DNA of 64,000 nucleotides from Octopus sinensis (taxonomy: Eukaryota): contig NC_042999.1 of NCBI RefSeq assembly GCF_006345805.1, positions 147,002,001 to 147,066,000 of the forward strand, given 5' to 3'. Made by a program: the position numbers and the translations under genes. Shown here piece by piece: positions 52,981-63,641 of the stretch. Under the pieces are notes generated by a model, which had not been told where the DNA came from, did not search any database, and worked only from the letters and a program-made list of their open reading frames with translations. Positions within the stretch are counted from its first letter, which is position 1; each line of letters opens with the position of its first letter.

Positions 52981-53403
52981 ACTTGCCCCCTCAACAACAA
53001 CTGCCTACAGAAAGATCTCGTCTACATATGCGATGTACGATCAGGCCCCGATGATAAAAGAAAATCGTACATCGGAATGACCTCAAATAGTTTTAAGACT
53101 CGCTGGTACGCCCACACACATTCGTTCCGGCGACCTGACAAATCTAACCAGACTACTCTCGCCGCCCATATCTGGCACCTTAAAAGGAACTCCATCCCCT
53201 TCAAGATCAAGTGGAGACTACTCCAGAGAGCGCGTTCTTACACAGGAGGCCATACCTGCTGTGACCTTTGCATTTCTGAGAGCTTTGAGATCTTATTCGC
53301 CAAAGGCCCTCTCCTCAACAAGATCTCGGAACACTCCCCAAACTGTATGCACAAAATCTATGCAAACTACAAAAATTACAGACCCACCCGGCCACCCGAT
53401 TGA
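52981..53403 (+). CDS. GIY-YIG endonuclease domain of a 5'-truncated Penelope-like retroelement (open frame, no native start, no RT)
   Basis: CPLNNNCL..LVYIC..SYIGMT..FKTRW..HTHSF..TTLAAHIWHLK..IKWRLL..CDLCISE..LLNKISE..CMH: the GIY/YIG pair, catalytic R, E and N, and Cys/His motifs typical of PLE endonucleases. Confidence 0.9.
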   Translation, partial: TCPLNNNCLQKDLVYICDVRSGPDDKRKSYIGMTSNSFKTRWYAHTHSFRRPDKSNQTTLAAHIWHLKRNSIPFKIKWRLLQRARSYTGGHTCCDLCISESFEILFAKGPLLNKISEHSPNCMHKIYANYKNYRPTRPPD

Positions 53404-53637
53404 CGACACCCCCCCACAACCCCCCCACCCCCACCGTTCCTTCATCACCCCCAATTACCTTCTCTCCTAAGACTATATACATATATATATAGATATATGC
53501 ATGTGTATATGTGCACATATATGTATATATGTGTGTGTGTGTGTGTGTGCATATGTATATGTACATATGTATGTGTATGCGTGTATACGTGTGTATGTGT
53601 ATGTGTGTGCATATATGTATGTGTATATATATATATA

Positions 53638-53683
<46 letters not shown>

Positions 53684-54443
53684 GTATATATGCATATGTT
53701 TGTATGTGTGGGTATGTATTTGTGTATGTATGTGTGTACATGAGTATATATTTATATGTATGTATATACATATGTATATGTTTATGTATGTATATATATA
53801 TATATGTATATGTTTATGTATGTATATATATACATGTGTGTGTATTTATATGTGTGTATGTATGTATGTATTGTATATGTGTATATGTATATATGTATGT
53901 GTGTGTGCATGTGTATGTATGTGTATATGCATGTATATATTTATGTATGCGTATGTGAAATATATATATATATATGGACTTGTAGATTTTTGTATGGGTA
54001 TAGATATATGTGCATGTGTGTAGATATGTATATATATGTACGTGTATGTATGTGTATGTATGTGCATGTATGTATATGTATGTATGCATGTATATGCATG
54101 TATACATTTATGTATGCATATATGTATTTATATGCGTATATATGCTTATATATGCGTATGTATATTTATATGCACATGTGTTTTTATATGTGCATATGCG
54201 TTTATATATGCGTGCATATATTTATGTGTGTGTTTGTGTGTAGACGTATATTTATATATGTGTTTATAATATGCATAATTATGTATATGTTTAATGAACG
54301 TGGGTATTATGTATGTTGCATAGTGTATTTGTATGTGTAATATATAATATATATATATTATGTAAGGTTATATATATGTGCGCGTGTGTGTGCGTGTATG
54401 TAGTGTATGTATGTATATGTATATGTATATATAATATATATCA

Positions 54444-54477
<34 letters not shown>

Positions 54478-54950
54478 GTGTGTATATGTATACTTGTTAT
54501 ATGTATGTATGTGTTTTGTATGTATATATATGGTGCGTATGTATGTATATATATGTATGTCGCATGTATATGTATGTGTGTTTGCATGTATATTTTATTT
54601 TTAATATGTTTTTTTCATGTATATTTATCTATTTATTCGCTCCACTTACAATAACAAACTGACTTGACTACCCCCTCCTCTTGACCACCAAAAAGCAATT
54701 GTCTTCTAATTTACCTAAAACCCCATCCCATATATCTCATTCTATTCAATTATTCTATTTATTCATTTATTTATTTTCTCACTGATTCTTCTCATTTCAA
54801 AAAACTCTCTGGCCTTTTGACCACTCCCCTAAGAACAATAGCTTGTTCCCTGTTTATCTCCTAAATACCAACTTACCCAAAAAACGTCCCCCACCACAAT
54901 CCCATTAAATCTGCCTAAATGTATAAATACCAAACCTTATTTTGACAGCC

Positions 54951-55001
54951 AGCTTCCTGAAGATTTCATCTGAATGAAGCAGTTCTAGTCCTGTAGAAGC
55001 T
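54951..55001 (+). ncRNA. Hammerhead remnant, right arm (probably impaired)
   Basis: Stem I AGCUUC/GAAGCU; CUGAAGA; short stem II UUC/GAA; GAAGC (A15.1>G); stem III CAG/CUG; GUA triplet. Confidence 0.6.
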
Positions 55002-55023
55002 CCTTCTTTAAAATAAAATATGT

Positions 55024-56729
55024 GGCTGCCCATATCGGAGCAATCTCAAGATTAATCAGCCGAAATTGCTAAGGTGATCTGGTTCTTGACTGATGACTGA
55101 GGGCTTCGAATGTCCCGTCCTGTGGTTCTTGTGTCGTCTCTGTGGTGTTTCATGTTCTTGTCCATGTCTGTAATTATTTTTACTGTTTACCTATATAATC
55201 GGCGGCTACGTATCCACAATTGTCCTTATACGATAAGTATATTTTTTCTCTAGCATTGATACGACTCTTAATCTGTCTCTTTCTCTCTCTCTCTCTCCTC
55301 CCTTATTCCCCTTCCTTTCTCCCCCCCCCATCCTTCTTCCCCCCCCTTCTACGTTTCTCTATCTATCCCTCTCACCTCCAGCCCCTCGATCTGTCTCTTC
55401 TCCTCCTCCTCCCTCGTCCACCTTCTCTCTCTTTTCATCTGTCCTTTTCTCCTGTCTTTTGTTCTCACGTGACCGCTAGCCGCTGTTGAGCGCTCTTTTC
55501 GTTCCAGCAGTCGCAGAAGCAACACGTATTTGTTCGTCTCCCTGCGGCCTTTAGGCACAACTTCACAAGCCAGCCCCATACTCAACTTGTCCTGTCGAAA
55601 GACCCTTGTCCTACGTCCTGGTTTCGTTTTGTTTTTTATTTTTACCGTTATTGTTTTTACGTTTTTGTATTCTTATTGGTGTCACGTATTCTGTATTTTT
55701 GTTCGTGTACTTCGTTCGTTTTCCGTCCTCGTGTTGTATACATTCGAAGCTTTCTTCCAGGGGATCTAATGCGCTTGGCTTAGATTTCCCTGGCGGGCTG
55801 CCCATATCGGAGCAATCTCAAGATTAATCAGCCGAATTGCTAAGATGATCTGGTTCTTGACTGATGACTGAGGGCTTCGAATGTCCCGTCCTGTGGTTCT
55901 TGTGTCCGTCTCTGTGGTGTTTCATGTTCTTGTCCATGTCTGTAATTATTTTTACTGTTTACCTATATAATCGGCGGCTACGTATCCACAATTGTCCTTA
56001 TACGATAAGTATATTTTTTCTCTAGCATTGATACGACTCTTAATCTGTCTCTTTCTCTCTCTCTCTCTCTCCTCCCTTATTCCCCTTCCTTTCTCCCCCC
56101 CCCCATCCTTCTCCCCTCCCCCCCTTCTACGTTTCTCTATCTCTCTCACCTCCACCCCCTCGATCTGTCTCTTTCTTCTCCTCCCTCGTCCACCTTCTCT
56201 CTCTTTTCATCTGTCCTTTTCCTCCTGTCTTTTGTTCTCACGTGACCGCTAGCCTTGTTGTGCGCTCTTTTCGTTCCAGCAGTCGCAGAAGCAACACGTA
56301 TTTGTTCGTCTCCCTGCGGCCTTTAGGCACAACTTCACAAGCCAGCCCCATACTCAACTCGTCCTGTCGAAAGACCCTTGTCCTACGTCCTGGTTTCTTT
56401 TGTTTTTTATTTCCGTTTATTGTTTTTACGTTTTTGTATTCTTTTGGTGTCACGTATTCTGTATTTTTGTTCGTGTACTTCGTTCGTTTTCCGTCCTCGT
56501 GTTGTATACATTCGAAGCTTTCTTCCAGGGGATCTAATGCGCTTGGCTTAGATTTCCCTTGGCGGGCTGCCCATATCGGAGCAATCTCAAGATTAATCAG
56601 CCGAAATTGCTAAGATGATCTGGTTCTTGACTGATGACTGAGGGCTTCGAATGTCCCGTCCTGTGGTTCTTGTGTCGTCTCTGTGGTGTTTATGTTCTTG
56701 TCCATGTCTGTAATTATTTTTACTGTTTA

Positions 56730-56736
<7 letters not shown>
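55024..56736 (+). repeat. Tandem array of a ~770-bp unit (2.2 copies; periods 772 and 769 bp)
   Basis: GGCTGCCCATATCGGAGC starts at 55024, 55796 and 56565; the third copy ends in a TA run at 56736. Confidence 0.95.
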
Positions 56737-56800
<64 letters not shown>

Positions 56801-56821
56801 ACATTTATATATGTGTATATT

Positions 56822-57170
56822 ACACAGCTCTTGAATATCCTCCCGAAGAACAGCTTCCCACAGCTCTTCAATATCCTTCCCACAGCTCTTCAATATCCTC
56901 TCGAAGAACCTGAGGGACCTGCATGGTGTAGATGCGGATGTCTTTAAAGTAGGACTGGATCTCTTCCTGTCAGGTGTCCCGGATGAACCAACTTCACGGC
57001 AGGAGGTGCAGATGAGGGCAGCTGCATCGAACTCTCTCATGCATCAGATGGCGTTTGCTAAAAAGCATCCGTGAGGTAAAATCGTGTAGCAAACCAAATG
57101 GCGGTGCCCCAGCATGGCCACAGCTCATTAGCTGAAACTAGAAAAATCAAAAATCAAAATCATCAATCAA
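56822..57170 (+). mobile_element. CR1/L2-like LINE 3' end, 5'-truncated, with triplicated 5' junction
   Basis: CACAGCTCTT(C/G)AATATCC x3, then LDLFLSGVPDEPTSRQEVQMRAAASN and an (AAAATC)n tail. Confidence 0.88.
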
Positions 57171-57217
57171 ATACATATATGCATTTAATATATATATGCA
57201 TAATAATATATATGTGT

Positions 57218-57854
57218 GTCCTAAGCCACTTTGACTACTGCTCTCAATTATGGTCACCATCCAGTGTCAAGTTGATCACAGAGCTCGAGGCGATCCAACG
57301 TAGCTACACGAGAAGATAGCCTCTATGCAGATGTAAGCTACTGGGAAAGACTCAGGAAATTAAAATTATATTTCCTTGGAGCGTAGGCGGGAAAGATATG
57401 CCATAATATACATCTGGAAGATCCTGTAGGGAAGTGTCCTGAACTTTGGCATCGAGAGTTACGCAAATGCCAGAACTGGGCGCCACTGTGTGGTGCCTAG
57501 GACTCCAAACTTGCCATCAAGATGTAGGACAAGATTCTGTGATAGCCTGGGCTTCCGAGGCCCACAGCTCTTCAATATCCTCCCGAAGAACCTGAGAGAC
57601 CTGCATGGGGTGGATACAGATGTCTTTAAAATGAAGCTGGATCTCTTCCTGTCAGGTGTCCCAGATGAAACAACTTCACGGCAGGAGGGGCAGATGAGGG
57701 CAGCTGCATCGAACTCTCTCATGCACCAAATAGCAGTTGCTAGAAAGCCTTCATGAAGTGAAACCAAGTAGCAACACCAAAGGCGGTGCCCCAGCATGGC
57801 CACAGCTCATAAGCTGAAACTGGAAAAATCAAAATCAAAATCAAAATCAAAATC
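57218..57854 (+). mobile_element. CR1/L2-like LINE 3' fragment
   Basis: LSHFDYCSQLWSP..LEAIQRSYTR; SLERRRERYAIIYIWKIL; GPQLFNILPKNLRDL..KLDLFLSGVPDE; (TCAAAA)n tail. Confidence 0.92.
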
Positions 57855-57900
57855 ATATATCGTATATATATATGTGTGTGTATATATATATATATGTGTA

Positions 57901-58008
<108 letters not shown>

Positions 58009-58321
58009 GAGAAATTATACAAAATGTATAAATAGATGATGGGTAAAGCACCGGCACAGTTTCGATTACCTGCTGTTATCCGTTGATTATTGCAGGAACT
58101 TCGTAGTGGCGGTTGAGGTGGTAACAGTATTAATAAAATAGATGGAATAAAAGATTTATTTAGAATGATACATGTTCGACTCATTCTGGGTCTATTCGAG
58201 TATATAAGTAAATAAAAAATACAATTAAAAAACGCACTAGAGATTTTCTGATTCGGTTTACGTACCGCTATATGTCCATCAACTTTGGGAATGAGTAAAA
58301 AGCAGAGAAAAATTGTAACGC

Positions 58322-58374
<53 letters not shown>

Positions 58375-58375
<1 letters not shown>

Positions 58376-58833
58376 AACATAATCAAATAGGGTAATAAAA
58401 TAAATTATTATTACCAGTGGCCTAGCACAAAATACGAGTTAGTCATTAGACTATATATTTTTTGTATAGAAATATAATAAAAGGCTTCCAAATAAGGAAG
58501 CGTAGTGCTAGAAACACAAAAAGGGATAAATTCATGAAAGGAATGAAAATTAAAAACATTTACCATCTCAGCTATATCCCAGACCGAACGGTTTCTACCT
58601 ATTTTTAGCAAACACACAGAATATATTTGCCAGGCCAGGTTCTTCAGTGGGAAGCCTTCATAATCCTAGACGCACAGACTGTTAGAAGCACATGTGGATC
58701 TAACGGTTTGTATATCCTAACTTTTCAAACCTCTGCACAGACGCAAATCATACCCGGCGAGCAGAGAGGATGCCGGTAAAAAATTTACGAACAAATTTAT
58801 CAAGCAATATTTAAACATAATCAAATAGGTAAT
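58375..58833 (-). mobile_element. 438-bp HHR-containing unit with 21-nt terminal direct repeat (retrozyme- or PLE-pLTR-like)
   Basis: AAACATAATCAAATAGG(G)TAAT at 58375 and 58813; no ORF; central hammerhead; TA runs on both sides. Confidence 0.6.
58577..58652 (-). ncRNA. Type I hammerhead ribozyme with complete core
   Basis: Stem I UCCCA/UGGGA; CUGAAGA; stem II ACCUG/UAGGU with one extra A before GAAA and a 10-bp distal helix GGCAAAUAUA/UGUGUUUGCU; stem III ACC(GUUC)GGU; GUC triplet, predicted cut between 58582 and 58581. Confidence 0.78.
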
Positions 58834-58905
58834 CGAAACTGTGCCGGTGCTTTACTCATCATCTATTTATACATTTTGTATAATTTCTCCATTATATATA
58901 TTATA

Positions 58906-58953
<48 letters not shown>

Positions 58954-59305
58954 GTGAAAAGGAACACACGAGTTGATATATATGACCATTCAAAATACGA
59001 CCATCAGGGCACTCCCAGATTCTCCCACCCCCTTCCTCATCAGCCTTCTTCCTCTACTACCCTACCAAGAACTCACAACGACCTCCAACACACAAGTGCA
59101 AACAAGGGAGTCAGAGAAAGGCAGAATGCCACTTATATCTGAACACTACTATAGAAATATTCCTTTAAAAACACTTTTCTTCTAATTTTTCTAAATTTAA
59201 TTATTTAATCGTTACAGTTGAAAAGGTCTCAAAATGACCGAAACCGGCACTGAAATGTTCACTATAAAATTATTTTAGCATTTTCTATTTTTGACTTGTT
59301 TTTTC

Positions 59306-59348
<43 letters not shown>

Positions 59349-60594
59349 GCACAGTGTTTCTAGAACTACGCTTCCTTATTTGGAAGCCTTTTATTATATA
59401 TATATATCATTTCTATTTATTTATGCGCCTTTTTCTAGCCTAGCCAGGCTCATGGGCCCGGTTTCCCGTCTATGGCGTATGTGTTCCCCCCAGCTATGAG
59501 AGGGGCCGAAGCTGGGGGACTGGCAATTATGGTAACCTTGGGACATGTAGATATGATAGGATATACATACTTTCATGCAAGCAAGGATTAAAATTTCACT
59601 TCAGTTTTACTATTCATCCGGGTTGCTGAGAGTACTTTAACATCACTCATTTCTTAGCCAGGCATAATCTGCACTTGTTGCTGGTATTTAAGTAACCATT
59701 ACGTTCCTCTAAGATCCTCCACTGCATGATTTAAAGAAACACAAAATATGGAACTCATGTATGCTACATATAGGAAATATTGCGAGAAATCTACATGTGA
59801 CTAATCACGTTGCTAGTCGCTGGAGAACTAAAGACCACCAGTATACGTTTCATACACACAATATATGCAACAATATTTCAATCAACTGGGAATGCTTAAA
59901 TAATTATTACTCTAACCATAATTAGAATCTCAATGAAGGAAAATCAAGCAATATCAATATATGGTACAATATAAACAACAAAACCACGATATGACAAGAA
60001 CCTTTTAACAAGTTCAATCCTACGAGAATGAAGAAAAACGTAGAACTACGAGAATACCAGATATAAAAGGTTCACAGACCAAAAGCCCATAAAAGTCTAT
60101 GATACATTCCTATTATGATCTGTCTAACTTATATCATTATGCTTTCGACACTTGGGCAATTTTTGGCATAACTATGAACAATTAAATTATATAAAATAGG
60201 TATCTCTGAATTCATATGTATACGTTTGTGTCTTCGTGTGTTTGAATGTGTTAGTGTTTCAGTGTTTCCGAATACGCGTCTATGCTTCTTTGTATATAAA
60301 TGATTCACAAACTTACCAAAGTCCTAGCTCTCAACCTTGAAATTAATGTCAAAACCGGCATCGTTTTTAAAGTTCAATTTACTCATTGACATTCTGACCT
60401 TTATCAAATAAACTATTGAATCAAAACAATAGATTGATATATAACATATAATCTATACGATCAAAATTAATCTCTATTATTATTGATGTGTTTCTTTTTA
60501 ATTAGTTGTGTTTCATGATATTCCATTTTATTACTAGACCGTTTTAAAAATTAACAAACAATATTAGTTTTTGGCTTACTTTTTCCTTCTATGT

Positions 60595-60840
60595 GGTGGC
60601 GCGTGGCTTAATAGTTAGGGTGTCAGCATCATAATCGTAAGATTGTGGTTTCTATTCCTGGACCGGGCGACGCGTTGTGTTCTTGAGCAAAACACTTCAT
60701 TTCACGTTGCTCCAGTCCACTCAGCTGGCAAAAATGAGTAACACTGCGATGGACTGGCATCCCGTCCAGCTGGGGAGCACATACACCATAGAAACCGGGA
60801 AACCGGGCCGTTGAGCCTGGCTAGGTTTTAAAAAGGGCGC
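60595..60840 (+). mobile_element. CORE-type SINE with Meta-domain-like tail; tail fragment also at 59418-59497 (-)
   Basis: Family C head and CORE-like domain, then GTAACACTGCGATGGACTGGCATCCCGTCCAGCTGGGGAG..AGAAACCGGG. Confidence 0.75.
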
Positions 60841-61649
60841 ATTTTGTTTCCTTCTATCCTGTAATTGCTTCTGTCATTGGACTGTGGCCATGATGGAGCG
60901 CTAATTTTAAGGGTTTATGCGAATAAAAGTAACCTAGCACTTGTTCTTAGGTCCGATAATTTTGATTTTTTCCCCGACCTGTTAAAGGAAATGCAAGCAA
61001 ACCAACATCGACTGTCGAATCGTGGGGTTATAAACACGAAACATTCATAAATATTCCTATTTTTCTGAACATAAAGAAATTCTATCCACCAATGTGCCGT
61101 CGAGCAATCATTTTCATCGTTCGACATTTATGCGTATATGTATATAAACAAAATTATATGACAGACTACCACATAGTTTCCACCAACCAGTTTCACTCAC
61201 ATGTCATCAGTTTGACCGGGGCTGCAGAAGGAGATTCTTGACCAAGATGCCAAGCAGTGGGTTCGAAGACGAAAGCATGCATCTGCAAATCGATGTTCTT
61301 AACTGCGTACCTGTATGCGCACACAAGTTTGGCTACATTCCAAACAAGATTACTCATTACTTTTTCTTTTTTTAACTTTCCTTTTTGCTTCACTTTTCGT
61401 ATTGAAATGCAAATCATTGTGTTAGTAAATGGGATACTTTACGTAGCTCCGTCTTAAAACATAGACGCACTGGACAATTTCACGGAGGCGAAACGGAGCA
61501 GAGGTTCCAATTGCTACCTTATGTATGTTGTAGCAAGCATTCAATAAATATAGAAGATTCAAATATATTAATTTCCTCGTAGTGCTTCACTGCACTACTT
61601 TTTCTTCTTTTGTTTTTTTTTCTTTGGGGGGGGGGGGCGGAGGTCACTA

Positions 61650-61980
61650 AACAATTACATCGAACCCAATACGTGGTAGATGTTTATTTCATCGACACAT
61701 GAAAGAAGAAATCTGACATGTGCGGAATTTGAACTCAGAATATAAAGCCGAAACAAATACCTATTTCTTTACTACCAACAAGGGGCTAAACAAAGAGGGG
61801 ACAAACACGGACAGACAAACGGATTAAGTCGATTACATCGACTCCAGCGCGTAACTGGTACTTATTTAATCGACCCCGAAAGTATGAAAGGCAAAGTCGA
61901 CCTCGGCGGAATTTGAACTCAGAACGAAACGGCAGACTAAAGCTGGAACAAATACCGCTAAGTATGTTATCCCACATGCT
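61650..61980 (-). mobile_element. SINE family A, dimeric
   Basis: Reverse-complement body-spacer-body arrangement. Confidence 0.85.
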
Positions 61981-62366
61981 TTGCTTACGTCATGATTTTA
62001 GAAGTGTCATTTCTATGGCATCCTTAAATTTATTAAGTGCTATTTCAAAATATTCGTATGATTTTCATACAACATTATCTTCTAACATTTTCTCTATGAT
62101 GGAATCATCTTCAAGAATGTCTTCTGGCATCAAGTTAAACATATTGTATACATTACGAATATCACCTTGACTATGATTGATGAAGCGTAGTGTTCACGTA
62201 TTCCATACATTAATCACTGAATCACTAGAGTGCTGTACTAAATATTAAAATATTAAATAATAATGAATCATGTTTATACATCTATTTACGTTATAGGGTC
62301 AAAGGTTCAAATATAGCACAAGATACGATTTCGCATTTCATATCAGTGGATCGATAGTATATATAT

Positions 62367-62930
62367 TCCTCTACTCTAGGCACAAGGCCCGAAATTTTTG
62401 GGAAGGTAGGCAGTCAATTAGATCGACCTCAGTACACAACTGGTACTTAATTTATCGACCCCCGAAAGTATAAAAGGTAAAGTCGACCTCAGCGGAATTA
62501 GAACTCAGAACCTAAAGACAGGCGAAATACATATTTCTTTACTGCCCACAAGGGGCTAAATATAGAAGGGACAAACAAGGACAAACAAACAGATTAAGTC
62601 GATTATATCGACCCCAGTGCGTAACTGGTATTTATTTAATTGACCTCGAAAGGGTGAAAGGCAAAGTTGACCTCGGCGGAATTTGAACTCAGAACGTATC
62701 GGCAGGCGAAATACCCATTTCTTTATTACCCACAAGGGGACAAACAAGGACAGACATAGGTGTTAAGTCGATTACATCGATCCCAGTTCGTAACTGGTAC
62801 TTAATTTATCGACCCCGAAAGGATGAAAGGCAAAGTCGACCTCGGCGGAATTTGAACTCACAACGTAACGCAGACGAAATACCGCTAAGCATTTCGCCCG
62901 GCGTGGTAATGTTTCTGCCAGCTCGCCGCC
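62367..62930 (-). mobile_element. SINE family A, trimeric copy
   Basis: One head, three bodies joined by two spacer modules, one tail. Confidence 0.9.
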
Positions 62931-63193
62931 TTTTATCGAATGTTTATATTTATATGCTAGTAATACGTTGGATCAATGTATGTGGGTTAAGAATTCTCGA
63001 TCGGTATTTTCCGGACGATTGTGGTCTTTTTTTGTGTATATGCTTACATTTATGTGTGTTGACTACTACATTAGAACTTTTTAGTTTTTATTTCTAGCAA
63101 TGTAGGTGCTTCTAACACCCAAGTCACATTTAGAGACAATTATAATTCTCCATTTTGGTGAAATATTGCAAACTGTTGTTTATATCAATTTTA

Positions 63194-63235
<42 letters not shown>

Positions 63236-63248
63236 TTCTGTCTGTCTT

Positions 63249-63321
<73 letters not shown>

Positions 63322-63512
63322 AGTGTGTATGTATAATATATAAATAACTACAGACAGATAATGAGTCAATTTTCACTAAAGCTAACTTGATTAACTGAGA
63401 CAATATATCATTGAAAAAAACTGCTTTCATCAGGTGAATACATGGACTACAACACTCAAATCCAACGGGTTATTGATATACTCAATCGGATACAATTAGT
63501 GATATACATAAC

Positions 63513-63641
63513 CTGAATATTTTTCAGCCTGTACTTCGGTAAACGCATATGAACAAACCCACTCGATAGCGGCATGGGACGGTACAGCCCCCGCCCCCAG
63601 TTCGTATATGGAGTGTTGGAGATAATTCACAAGCATAGTAC
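63513..63641 (-). CDS. Candidate 129-nt phase 1-1 internal exon, (G)TMLVNYLQHSIYELGAGAVPSHAAIEWVCSYAFTEVQAEKYS(G); product unknown
   Basis: Acceptor TTCGTCTGTCCTTGGGCAG|G and donor CAG|GTTATG; only one frame is open; non-repetitive and GC-richer than flanks. Confidence 0.35.

Larger units (their letters stand above)
50973..55019. repeat. ~4.05-kb palindrome: arms 50973-52978 and 53041-55019, 62-bp spacer
   Basis: Coding halves differ at 3 of 363 nt; outer unique parts are ~96% identical; the intervening microsatellite tracts are collinear but length-variable. Confidence 0.92.

Noticed and set aside
55055-55115. Canonical hammerhead in the 770-bp unit
   Set aside because: CUGAUGA is followed by GAAU rather than GAAA, and the type II arrangement using the upstream GAAA does not close stems I and II properly; kept only as an unverified motif.
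61195-61215. CUGAUGA..GAAAC on the minus strand
   Set aside because: Falls inside a decayed SINE-B copy; no stems.
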